Virus record (IMG/VR): IMGVR_UViG_3300013093_000017
Location: 124,001-188,000 of that record
Direction: 5' to 3' (one strand)
Length of the DNA stretch: 64,000 nucleotides
Below the pieces are notes generated by a model. It was not told where the DNA came from. It saw only the letters and a program-made list of their open reading frames with translations, and did not search any database. Below, one piece after another: positions 51,901 to 58,964 of the stretch. Each line of letters opens with the position of its first letter. The first letter of the stretch is position 1. A program made the position numbers and the translations under genes.

Positions 51901-52770
51901 GATAAATTCAACACCGTTTCCTGATTTGTATTGTAATTTTCCAATAATATCAGCATCAACATCAAGTGAAGAATTTTCTACGATAGATTTCACTAGAATA
52001 CGTCCGCTGGCCAATTGATTGTCGCCGGCTGCATAGAACAACACGCTAGGTGTTTGTTCATCTATAGTGATAATAATCTGTCCTTTGCTGGTGCCGTTGC
52101 CTGTTACACCGTGAGTATATTGTGATCCTGCCCCATCAGTAGGCTCTGTCTTAATATATAATTTATGGTTAGAATTAATATTAAACACATAGGTGATACC
52201 TCTATAGAATGTTAACATAGGATCAGGTGTTAGTCCGTCCGGAGTAAACACAAAGAAATTATCATCTGCTGAATCAGTTATAGTGTATGTGCTAACTGCA
52301 TTTTTTTGTAGACCGGCAATAGAAATTGCGTCAGGCCCGTTTGGTAACCAATAGTAGTCACGGAAGTTAATAAATTTATCCCAATCAATATGTGGGTCAT
52401 ATGAATTAAATTTAGGACGGAACAATCTATCAAGATTATCCACATTACCACCATAGTAACTTATCTGATTAACTAAGTCGTCAAATCCGTAGGCTGCTTT
52501 AATACTTTGATCAATATTCTTTAATATTACCGCAGGCTCTAGTTGATAGTTTTCACGCACCGGTAATGATTCCGGAATATAAACATCAGTTGATGGATTA
52601 TAATTAGGACTTAATTTACTGCCCACAAATCCATCTATTCGTTCCAGCGAAGGAACTTTAATTAGTTGGTCAAGTGTGCTTGATAAGAATTTATTATTCT
52701 TATCTGTTCTGAAAAAAGCAGGTAATAAATTTGCTGATTTTCTAATATTCTTTGATGTGTTGTTAGCCAT
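39958..52770 (-). CDS. Giant (4270 aa) baseplate/virion structural protein
   Basis: Single uninterrupted ORF; YQGFIREKGT, KPYHTKIR, FG-GAP-like propeller repeats and G(S/Y)GY repeats. Confidence 0.75.
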   Translation of the reverse strand: MANNTSKNIRKSANLLPAFFRTDKNNKFLSSTLDQLIKVPSLERIDGFVGSKLSPNYNPSTDVYIPESLPVRENYQLEPAVILKNIDQSIKAAYGFDDLVNQISYYGGNVDNLDRLFRPKFNSYDPHIDWDKFINFRDYYWLPNGPDAISIAGLQKNAVSTYTITDSADDNFFVFTPDGLTPDPMLTFYRGITYVFNINSNHKLYIKTEPTDGAGSQYTHGVTGNGTSKGQIIITIDEQTPSVLFYAAGDNQLASGRILVKSIVENSSLDVDADIIGKLQYKSGNGVEFINGMKVKFVGNVTPSTYANNEYIVEGIGSGIRLVDFTKLTTPLNLNTTYDTNFDGTPFDDFPFDNFKNIPETPDYITINKASKDLNPWSRYNRWVHTDVITASAAANGTTANYPADKRGARPIIEFKPDIQLWNFGSTAIDTVDFIDEVTTDAFSIIEGTYGYYIDGVLLEDGNKVIFNADPDPMVQGKIFQVNIATFNGKQKTRLTEILSPSKSDAVVVKSGTVNEGTSWYYNGTIWIKGQQRTAINQAPLFDLFDENGHSYSDPTYYNSDFYGNQIFGYAVGSGTADSILGFPLQYTSESISTVGTYLFDNYLNNDTITLVGTTTTIPTVETYIRINNSTPVYENAWTAGAEYLIPVEQFQVITTVQSSIEVTVFDNPTSISDLAVSVFVNNTKQQAGTDYTLTTSGKKLFVTFTTALDGTSTPVRVLFKCYSASSPNSTGVYETPINLTNNPLNGFISSFTLTELTDHVTSMTDADPEYNGSNLKSLPNITKYGSRLISNQNPLTFAQCFITDAEHNLINATRKASDDYYQFRLNLINFITKAPGNTMPVQVLDQALTEMNSNKNSSFPYAHSDMLGYGNNNITSTYTVTDSRNTHYSITSAFSATALSDRSVLVYLTSNGVTKQLVYGKDYNFPAYESGVNIITALNKGDVITIKDYVSTVGSYIPPTPTKLGLFPKYEPQIYIDNTYANGPQKVIQGHDGSLTVAFSAYNEADDYRDLALLEYETRIYNNLKVTYDSNLLDIHDLLPNVFRNSEYNYAEIYNLVQGDFLKWASIYGIDFATNSTYDVNNHKTYNYKSVSDLVLGNALPGNWRAIYKLYFDTDRPDTCPWEMLGFTIKPTWWDAEYGAAPYTAGNLNLWQDLEAGIKRFPSGIVVDPTYARPGLSQAIPVDDSGNIIDIRNWAGIALNDSIMNTEQDWAFGDHGPAETAWRRSSAWPFAMQIIMALTKPADYAAMMFDTSRMELDITGQYNYGANETFLNPSEMLLYTDTDSNGNIILASGYSVWLIENGRQRNSNYLTTLKNDLASVNLNLFYKAGGFLSKDKLEITIDSISPNTANPGVLLPNEDYTLHFNVSTPVKSAAISGIIVEKKNGYFAVKGYDKRYPYFTINQPLHQANGSAITVGGKSETFLVWTANSFYQAGQVVFYSNVYYRVISSHNSGATFTSTYYAAIKQLSTVGGASVLVTKQYDPAETIVPYGTQYSTIQQVYDLIMGYGQWLMSQGFIFDEYNADLNQVIDWNFTGKEFLYWSTQNWADGSVITLSPFADVIKYQFTDAVVDNVLNSFYEYSLIKATGQVFPAANFSLSREGGICTIKTKNTTDGIFFARLNLVQKEHAIVMNNKSMFNDIIYDIETGYRQSRIKLTGFRTADWNGEFLSPGFVYDDAQISDWAQYTDYQVADIVKYVGNYYSANVNIAGAPSFDFNSWNLLGSKPVAQLLPNFDYKINQFEDFYSLDIDNFDVAQQRMAQHLIGYTPRTYLDNIFVNPIAQYKFYQGFIREKGTQNAITKLAKASIHNLQGQIEYKEEWAFRVGNYGNFVSYNELEFPLREADFRENSQIIKFVDTAPVLPNDVISYIVPTDLTMESDTYTSDTAFSTTPSTYADNNIIMPVAGYVRTDDVTATAYNTNSLLDIANNGNIQDGNTIWLGFRNDGEWDVYRYTIQKPKVVDSAVTIPSSELTFTTDIFHNLSVGDVVSIHGLDNGSDGVYVIKTIPSLTTFTISTTLASVNPSTVQALMFKFVSVRAAQFDNIAELEKTISFNNGDLVWVDSDNSGKWAVYEKASNYSTSTETLPSLSITGQGFGSRVATQDTANIVAISAPTGYYGASYGYGRIFVYGYSDNILTPITNYGIDDTIVNNTVSKSVATNFGATLIYDIETDSIFAGAPAVDLIKISGINRTTKSEIHRTGAVITNPNVHPGEYGAGLYVSKTTSTNKLLVVGAPGQNTSTGAIYAYNVSIVSTDTTIVQSSPITITPSNTQGDRVGASICGSADGTMVAISAPGTNGNIGGVYVYSTATSGTTNLVQAQFISAPSVCKTGDRFGSTVLMSDDGTYLFVASTSVNDGKTNVGKVFIYKQNTATQYVLNQTLDNPSTDVNLNFGQALAIDDLGQLLTVTGHGDNKFIDITFDKGATTLDNGTCHFGDTAKGSGAVYVFNRYNDKFIYAEELFDDNVLNIDPATGSPVANSQYGNSVAVNNGTVLVGTPGKFVSNSTIGSAYVFAKKDVTINSWNVYRSQDDLVDLSKVKRAITIDTLSQQVLDYLDIVDPAKGRIVGIADQEVRYKTAFDPAVYSIGVQGVVVDTNTSWIEDHLGELWWDLSTVKYTWYEQSDLEYRKNSWGTLFPGASIDVYEWVSSEYLPSQWSSLADTVDGLAKGISGQPKYADNSVISVKQYYNATTGGTTNVYFYWVKNKVTIPAADFRKISANDVANLIYNPSAYGMKYISVLAADSIAVTNVTSTLSQNNIYLNIAEDDIDNDINQHTEWMLLADGDVNSMPNALLEKKLMDSLLGRDSLGNPVPDPSLSDRIKYGVSIRPRQGLFKDRIGALRNAIDYTNTVLSQNIVTDVINFTNLNSKDPIPDVETGLYDQQVDNEQALYEITTIYFKQAAVSCQITDGRVTGVSIEDPGYGYLIAPTIAVLNDTSGIVISTEIDSVGRVVSTTIVNSGYGYTETPILVVRPYTVIVTVDATSGNRWAEYQWYNNQWNRSHTQDYDTTLFWDYVDWQATSFDPLKPLVTTVDQPYLLATISPSTGDYVKVNNQGNGRYIILAKVDSNGTFDDAYDLVYSEKGTIQFKESLWNTTDSTYNFDYLYTFDQTLYDQSAESELENVLLAIKEDIFVGPLKVYWNKFFFKAVRYAMSEQIFLDWAFKTAFINVSNLAGPLDQRSVFKFQNSEYYEDYLNEVKPYHTKIRNFQVVYDVVEPTQSYTTDFDLPAIYDNITDTFVPIELGDASLNVYPRKGWADNYKYTVGSIIVADGGGTYTSVPNVQIIPAAGDTITDPATAIAYISLGKVIEIEVTNPGSGYTQTPTVVLTGGGSTGVVQARAYAQLANGKVRTNKIDIRFDRVTGLREIGNKQAADQFFCDGSTYQFPLSWAAENKKSEIEITLDGIKIFALDYDIVTYTQVSNGYHKLYSTLVLTSVPNKGQILDITYNKNINLYHAADRIQDYYAPTDGMPGADPAQVMTGVDYPGTQIQTLPFAYTSNWDMLPFTEAAWDDGGNGEASLDTIIDGGDLAYTMATGLNPEDLIVDGDQFLSPNVSHGPEELVPGEVVESVGISVYTRVPSGSPMISQNTFLVSTTTTSTTVSLSMLPANTSSLMVSYNRGILNYGTDYTIDFNNNTITISTQTSTGVVAVTNVGIGGAAYSSYDYATSTKSSITVPVGVPLADIGSLYVTLNGNPITSDQYKLNGKGVTVSGLTGTNTLQVWVFEAAYKGYSEVKDQIFVTSSATTAYTLTQYPGVIGPINAQAIVELNKLRLIPPNTAYYSAAANQTVFEIDPNSNYPAGVFSLGALQVFVNGIQIQNGADFILDQPNKLIVFRPGILKTGDAVAITNTVYSQYYFDNGQIILNTNRLAIPEGGILKVTTYTNQDSDMIRTEVFTSGTLRRYTMNRAVLNDNYVWVTINGTPLTNGLDYYIDTDNKTVVVDDNYPIQSTDTIVVMSMTDVSDNTVIAYRQFKDILNRTTFKRISETNSTNLAEPLYTTSTTIVVDEASDLSVPNPAKNAPGVILIAGERIEYMAMSGNTLSRLKRATLGTGARDGYPVGTEVLDQGVRQIMPYTETVNVSTAVVPSPLDIAYVIENMTNTKGNGIVFNTSTASVHQVRVYQGGIPLRKDGMYVHDMSVLYDNVTATIVGTISTSTALPNTTVIGNAYLVTSTNQVWVYTNSLDLSAVNGFVYQGLNYLPPEFTITSSGTNNVLTLNVPAGRLNTGTAITLVQQTAKDWYASTATSLLNDTGAVATFLRDRQAALPDKYHYGQV

Positions 52771-52785
52771 TATTACTAATTATCC

Positions 52786-55700
52786 TTAGCTAGTAGTTAC
52801 TATTGTAGATGCTGCTTTTAATTCAGATGCTGTTAAACTTGTGATGATTTGTATATCATTTATTGTTGCACCATTGATGAAAATCTCATTACTTAAACAG
52901 GTAATTTGATATAAACTACCAAACCCATTATCCTGTTTAGGTACTAACACAAAATTGGTTATATCAGGAGTCATTATGTTCATTACATAAGTCGATAATT
53001 CACTGAAGTTAAATGTTTGACCAAAATCCCAATTTTGAATAGCAAAGAAATCTTCAATTGCTGCCAAAATTCTTGTTTGTAAATCTGTAGTACTTACGGT
53101 TCTTGCAGGATTTACCACAGCTTTAAATGTACCCTGTAATGGACCAACTGCTTGACCACCAAACAATACTTTGTAATTTACTGGATGATAAATTAGCTCA
53201 TCACTAATTGCCTTAATTGGCTCTAATGTAGCAGCGTAGTTTTCTTCTAAACTTTGTGTTGTAGGAGGTAACGGTGCTGTTCCTGTGCCACTTGCTAGCC
53301 AATTTCTGTAATCCGAATCATATGCTTTGGTTAATAGATAGATATCTATAATGTTCGATTTGCTAGGATCAATTCTACGTTCATTGCCACTGTTATGTAC
53401 ATAATGGAATTTTAATCCACTACGTCCCGACTGTGCATAATATGTAGGTTCTAACACAAATCCGCCTAATGTAGAAGAATAGCTCTTAACCACATTTACT
53501 GTTGGATCATAGAAATAATATAATTGACCGTCTATTCGATCTTCCGGTAATACTAGATCTTCTGTAGGGTATGGTAATATATCACCTGTGTATAAAGAAT
53601 ATCGTAATCCGTCAGCCGAGGTTTGGAAATAAACAAATTTGTTAAGATATCCAGTTTGTGTACTAGTGCTGGCAGACTGAACAATATTTTCAAACGCATC
53701 CGGGTCATCAATTTGACCATCATCATTATGATCAAAGAAACTAACTGATACTTTCTTAGGTTCAATATAGCCATCTGGTTCTATTACAGCACTATCAACT
53801 TGCCATGAATAATCTATACCTAAATATCCTTGACTAGTTGGAAGTTTATTAATTGATAATACATCTACATGGTCTTTAATAACAGTATCAGTAACAAAGT
53901 CATAATTCTTCTTAGAACTATCTATGAAAAACGCAGTTTCTTGCGCACTTTCAAATATGTATTCTGTAGTACGATATCTAACTACATATTTCTTACCTGT
54001 CCATTCAAATGCCATCATCCAACTAGCATCTTTATTTGTATTAGATACATCTTGTTGGAATAGTAAACTAAATGGACTCTTCAAATCAATGTTAGCATCA
54101 GTGACTACATACCATGCTCTAGTTGTTGAATCAAAACTCAATCCAAAATTGCGTTTAGATAAACATAGATTTGTAATTTCAGTTTCTAATGAGGATGAAA
54201 TTATATTATCAAATACCGGGATAACTGCCGCAGGGCTGGCACTCGATGCCGGAATACCTGTACCTGGAATTGTACCTGTTAAGATAACTGGACCTGTTCC
54301 GTCTGAAAGATTTCCTGCGCCACTATTAGCCCCATCACCTACTACATTTACAATCTGTGTCCATATATAAGATCTAGTAGTATCATCTGATATAGATGTT
54401 AATTTACCACTTGGTAGAAAGTATTGTCCTGTAGGTGGTATCATTTTAACCAAAGCACCTGGCACAAAAAACGACAAGTTATCACTAGCATAAGATCCAA
54501 GCGTTGCCGGACCTGTGGTTAAATTTTTGAAATAACCACGTGTTTGATTTGTGGTCTTATTTGATTGATTCCATGATAGTGGATAGCTAGCAGAATCTAA
54601 TACCAATTGCGGATATTTTGATAGATAGAATGATTTGAAACTAGGAGAATCAATAACTGGTTCAACTTGAGTTTTAATCACACTTAGGATTTCGTTTCTA
54701 CTAGTAAACGTAAATTCAAAATTGTATTCTTTATCTTTTTTGTATAGAATACCATCATTGGCAAAGATATTAGTACTACTATATTTTCCACTCACATCAC
54801 TTAATTCATAATATTTGCTAATACCACTAGCAACACGATTAACACTCTTAACTTTAAGAATATCCGAATCAACAGTAATTGGAGCAATGTTATAATCTTC
54901 CGCAGTGATCATACGATTTTGTGTATAATATGCCTGTGGTGCTTTTAATTGTATATCTGCATTAGATTCACTTGCGGCAGAATTTGTAACGCTGTATTGT
55001 AGACTTAATACAATTGTTAATATATTTGACTGACCGTTACTGCTATAATAAGGAATCTGTACACTTACATTACTTAACTGTTCAGGCTTAACGGTATATG
55101 ATAGGCCGTTACTTTGACGATAGTACAGTCTGAATGGGCCGTTTGGTAAATTGCCAAAACTACCATCTGCGAATGACAAATCAATCTGATCAGTGTCTCT
55201 TGATAATACGCTATAGATATTGCGAATATTTTGGTTTAAACTGTTATAAATTACGTTATTTCCGGTGGTTGCGGCCACTTTTGTCCACAGATCTTGATGG
55301 GTTTTGCCATCTGCTGACATTTGCCATAACCACACATCTGTATCATTAATATTAGAAACATTAACACCTATTAATTCATTAGGTACCGGATTTGCAACGT
55401 TGAAATTTTGTGCTGTTAATGATCCTTGACGGAATTGTATAAAGAATCCCGTATTGGCACTCGAACTACCTTTATTATCATTTTGAAATATAATACCAAA
55501 GTTATTTCCAGGCAACGGAGTATCTTCATAGATATAAGTTTGTCCGCTAAAGGTAGATGGCACCAATTCAAAACTCATTTGTGTACCAGCTATGTTCTTA
55601 TTGAAAGAATAGATAGGCACATCAGTAGTACTGGTATTGATTTTATATTGTTCTGTTGCGATGCCGTTGATAGTTGCCGCAGCAAAAGGCTTACCAAATA

Positions 55701-56202
55701 CTGTAGGATTGGTCATCGCAGCATTAATGATAGAAATAAACTGTTGATACCAATTGCTGTTTGTAGGATCATTCCATCCTATAATTGAATTAGCAAGATT
55801 AATTCCGTTATTATCTATTACACTTTCTGTAGTGGCAATAGATGTAATTTTTAATAGGCCGTTAGCTGGTGTATTGCGTTTAGCATTATAGTTAATTAGA
55901 CGAGCAAGACGCAGGATGCTGTCACGACGTTGCGCTGTTTCTAAGAAATTTTCACGAGCATTTAGGTCGATGCGGAAACTTAGGTTCTGACCTAAGAATG
56001 CAATTAAATCGATAAGGGCAACATATTCGCTACTGTCTATATAATCATTGAAATCTTCCGGATAATTCTCACGAAGATATGTGATCATAGTACGGCGTAA
56101 TGTTTCAAAATCGTAACTTTGGAATTCAGCGTTTTTGAAACTCTGATATATCTTGGTCCAGTCTTCTGCGACCAGTAATTGATTAGTTGTTGATGGTATC
56201 AT
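52786..56202 (-). CDS. Baseplate wedge protein (T4 gp6-like)
   Basis: DFETLR...NARENFLETAQRRDS...YNAKR and TQNRMITAEDY. Confidence 0.85.
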   Translation of the reverse strand: MIPSTTNQLLVAEDWTKIYQSFKNAEFQSYDFETLRRTMITYLRENYPEDFNDYIDSSEYVALIDLIAFLGQNLSFRIDLNARENFLETAQRRDSILRLARLINYNAKRNTPANGLLKITSIATTESVIDNNGINLANSIIGWNDPTNSNWYQQFISIINAAMTNPTVFGKPFAAATINGIATEQYKINTSTTDVPIYSFNKNIAGTQMSFELVPSTFSGQTYIYEDTPLPGNNFGIIFQNDNKGSSSANTGFFIQFRQGSLTAQNFNVANPVPNELIGVNVSNINDTDVWLWQMSADGKTHQDLWTKVAATTGNNVIYNSLNQNIRNIYSVLSRDTDQIDLSFADGSFGNLPNGPFRLYYRQSNGLSYTVKPEQLSNVSVQIPYYSSNGQSNILTIVLSLQYSVTNSAASESNADIQLKAPQAYYTQNRMITAEDYNIAPITVDSDILKVKSVNRVASGISKYYELSDVSGKYSSTNIFANDGILYKKDKEYNFEFTFTSRNEILSVIKTQVEPVIDSPSFKSFYLSKYPQLVLDSASYPLSWNQSNKTTNQTRGYFKNLTTGPATLGSYASDNLSFFVPGALVKMIPPTGQYFLPSGKLTSISDDTTRSYIWTQIVNVVGDGANSGAGNLSDGTGPVILTGTIPGTGIPASSASPAAVIPVFDNIISSSLETEITNLCLSKRNFGLSFDSTTRAWYVVTDANIDLKSPFSLLFQQDVSNTNKDASWMMAFEWTGKKYVVRYRTTEYIFESAQETAFFIDSSKKNYDFVTDTVIKDHVDVLSINKLPTSQGYLGIDYSWQVDSAVIEPDGYIEPKKVSVSFFDHNDDGQIDDPDAFENIVQSASTSTQTGYLNKFVYFQTSADGLRYSLYTGDILPYPTEDLVLPEDRIDGQLYYFYDPTVNVVKSYSSTLGGFVLEPTYYAQSGRSGLKFHYVHNSGNERRIDPSKSNIIDIYLLTKAYDSDYRNWLASGTGTAPLPPTTQSLEENYAATLEPIKAISDELIYHPVNYKVLFGGQAVGPLQGTFKAVVNPARTVSTTDLQTRILAAIEDFFAIQNWDFGQTFNFSELSTYVMNIMTPDITNFVLVPKQDNGFGSLYQITCLSNEIFINGATINDIQIITSLTASELKAASTIVTTS

Positions 56203-56251
56203 AGTGTTTTCTCATTGATACCGTATTTATGGAAAATATAAAGTAGGTATA

Positions 56252-56692
56252 TTATTGTGCGATTAAACCGAGCTCTTTATCAAATGCCAGCTGCATATTG
56301 GAGGTTTGGTCAGTACCAACATATAATAATGTTACTTCTAACAGCATGCCATACTCTTGTTCGTTGATATTGATCTGTATTGGAACAACTCTAGGATCTG
56401 AATTACATATACGACTTACATCGTCACTGATTGCCTGTTTGGTAGACTGTGTAAATGGATCAAATAGTGTATCCCAAACAATAGTGCCAAATGTTGGATT
56501 CATAACTCGTTCACCCCGACGAGTGTTAAATTGATTTACAATATCTTGTTTGATAAGATCAAAATCATATAACTTAGTTGTGCCAAGGGTGTCTGCGTTA
56601 ATAGAACTATAACCTACATAGAACTGACTCTGCTTGGTCGTTTGTTGTAGACTATTTTGTGACGGATTAAGTTCAATATTTTTGTATGCCAT
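56252..56692 (-). CDS. Baseplate wedge subunit (T4 gp25-like)
   Basis: TRRGERVMNPTFGT...DPRV. Confidence 0.88.
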   Translation of the reverse strand: MAYKNIELNPSQNSLQQTTKQSQFYVGYSSINADTLGTTKLYDFDLIKQDIVNQFNTRRGERVMNPTFGTIVWDTLFDPFTQSTKQAISDDVSRICNSDPRVVPIQININEQEYGMLLEVTLLYVGTDQTSNMQLAFDKELGLIAQ

Positions 56693-56709
56693 AGTGTATT
56701 ATTTATTGA

Positions 56710-58962
56710 CTAGACCGTCACTCCTGCTTTAGATAATACTTGTTCTACTTCGCGTTTATGCACAGATACCGTAGCTTCTACCATAGCAGGAGTAAAGTAT
56801 CCTAATCTTTGAGGATCAAATCCTTTATTAGCACTATACCAAGACCCCGATTTAGGATCTCCAGCAACTGCAATTTGTTGATCAGCTGCGGCAAATCTAA
56901 ATGCCGGTAGCAAGATTGTTAGATATATATTACCTAGGGTAGGATTAGGACATTTTGCATTTGGCCAGCCCCATAATTTATTAAAATATGCTTGCACATA
57001 ATCCATTTGTCCAACACGAGACATTTGACGCAAGGCATCAGTGGTAGTCCCGAGTCCCTTAGCAGCATCTTTACCGAATTGTATTAATCCAGTAAATCCT
57101 AAATTATTTGTTATCGCAGGATCAAACGTCCTTGCACTTTCTAAGTTCATACATGCTAATAAATCAATAACAGGGAATCCCAATGCGCCGGCTACTGATT
57201 TAACTTTGTCTAAGAATGGTTGATCAGTACTCCACGGAAATGGTTGGCCTTGAAATGTACCACGGTCACTTGCTGGACCGTTCTTAGCAGGATACGGAGT
57301 ATTTGCGCTCGGATCTGCCGGAACAACCACACCATTTTTAGTAGTTTGTGTTGCTTGAATTCCACTGTTTGTTTTGTCTAATGTAAATTGATTAGGATTA
57401 ATGTTTTCATGTTGGTCCCAAGGTTCGTGCATCGGAACACGTTGCATAATTGTTAATAAATCACCGGCTTTATAGAAATGACCATTTGACCATCCTTGTG
57501 CTGGGTCTCGACGAGGAACAGAATATAAATTTAATGGTATCGGAGATGCTGCACTCATTGCGGCAATAGCAGCAGTTGCAGAAGGAGCACCACTTGGATT
57601 ATTATCGCTACTACGTGAAATAGTTGAATAATGATCAGTTGCACTAGCCCACGTATTATGGGTATCAGCCCCAGTCCATGTAAATTTAGTACCTTGCCAT
57701 CTATAACTTGATGAGCCTGTTACAGTTTCGTTGTAGGTTCCTACTGTAAATTGTTTTGCCGATACTGTTTCTAGGTAGTTTACAGATTTTACATCAATGT
57801 CCTTTGCTGCGGTTGTATAGATGGTACCATTCGAATTTACATGAATATCCCCCGATACCAGCGTCTTAGATGTTTCGCCAATCGTAACATCACTTGTTCC
57901 ACTAATTAATGTACTCATTGTGTCACATATTGTATTATAATTTGATTTAACATTAATATTCATGTCACCTGTTACTGTGGCAACATTAAAATTTCTTCCT
58001 GCTTCGATATTAAAATCTCGATCGGCTCTTAGATTAAAATCTCCTTCGGTATGGATGCTGACACTGTCTGCTGCATAGATATCAATTTTACCGTTTGAGG
58101 TAAGCTCTATCCAGGCAGTTCCTTTGCTGTTGGCAATATAAACCAAATCTGAACTATTGTGTAACAAAATTTGATGGCCGGTTCTAGTACGTATACGCAC
58201 TAATTCATTTTGACCATTCTGGTCACCATCATCCATTACGAACTGTGTTCCGCCAAGTCGACTGATAGGAACATTTGCTTTTGTTTCATATCCCACTATG
58301 CCCTGTTGTGAGCCTGCCGATTTATCCAATGGACCAGGTGTGCTAATACCAAATACCATACTAGGTACTTCACGACGAGCCGAACTAGAGGTAACTCCTC
58401 GAATGTTATCTAATAACAATCCTTGTGCTAGTAATCTATCAGCAAATGGATGTATAGGTTTAAGTTGTGCATTAGGATTTACATTATCTTTCAATGAACG
58501 TTTATGAAATTCTGCCACTGGGAGATTTTTTGTTCCGTATTTTAATTCTTGTTCAGGAGTAATGTAAACATTTTGACTGGCAGCAAGTCCCGGAATCATT
58601 TGGTCTTGGAATTGATCTGCAATACAGCCCATCCAATATCCTTGGTTGGGATCTCCGTCAACAAAAATAACTAGAACAGTGGTACCAATATCTGGAGGTA
58701 CCATCCACATACCGTAGGATTTTTGTACAGAATTGAAATCACGAGGATCTGTTCCTTCATATTTCACATTGGTAACACCGTAGAAAGGACTTAAATATTT
58801 TACAATATAGGTTTGGCTTTGTATATTTGCATCGCCGACAAATCCTTTTTCAATTACCACTTCTATCGATCCCATATATGTTGGATCTAACAGATTGGTT
58901 ATCCTAGCTATGTATGGGCCAGGTCCTGGTAATTTTCCTCTAACTCGTTGATCAATTGGCAT
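56710..58962 (-). CDS. Baseplate hub/spike (gp5/VgrG-like) with C-terminal lysozyme-like domain
   Basis: OB-fold with PPDIGTTVLV; RTRTGHQI; beta-helix repeats; C-terminal MNLES...GLIQF. Confidence 0.8.
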   Translation of the reverse strand: MPIDQRVRGKLPGPGPYIARITNLLDPTYMGSIEVVIEKGFVGDANIQSQTYIVKYLSPFYGVTNVKYEGTDPRDFNSVQKSYGMWMVPPDIGTTVLVIFVDGDPNQGYWMGCIADQFQDQMIPGLAASQNVYITPEQELKYGTKNLPVAEFHKRSLKDNVNPNAQLKPIHPFADRLLAQGLLLDNIRGVTSSSARREVPSMVFGISTPGPLDKSAGSQQGIVGYETKANVPISRLGGTQFVMDDGDQNGQNELVRIRTRTGHQILLHNSSDLVYIANSKGTAWIELTSNGKIDIYAADSVSIHTEGDFNLRADRDFNIEAGRNFNVATVTGDMNINVKSNYNTICDTMSTLISGTSDVTIGETSKTLVSGDIHVNSNGTIYTTAAKDIDVKSVNYLETVSAKQFTVGTYNETVTGSSSYRWQGTKFTWTGADTHNTWASATDHYSTISRSSDNNPSGAPSATAAIAAMSAASPIPLNLYSVPRRDPAQGWSNGHFYKAGDLLTIMQRVPMHEPWDQHENINPNQFTLDKTNSGIQATQTTKNGVVVPADPSANTPYPAKNGPASDRGTFQGQPFPWSTDQPFLDKVKSVAGALGFPVIDLLACMNLESARTFDPAITNNLGFTGLIQFGKDAAKGLGTTTDALRQMSRVGQMDYVQAYFNKLWGWPNAKCPNPTLGNIYLTILLPAFRFAAADQQIAVAGDPKSGSWYSANKGFDPQRLGYFTPAMVEATVSVHKREVEQVLSKAGVTV

Positions 58963-58964
58963 GG

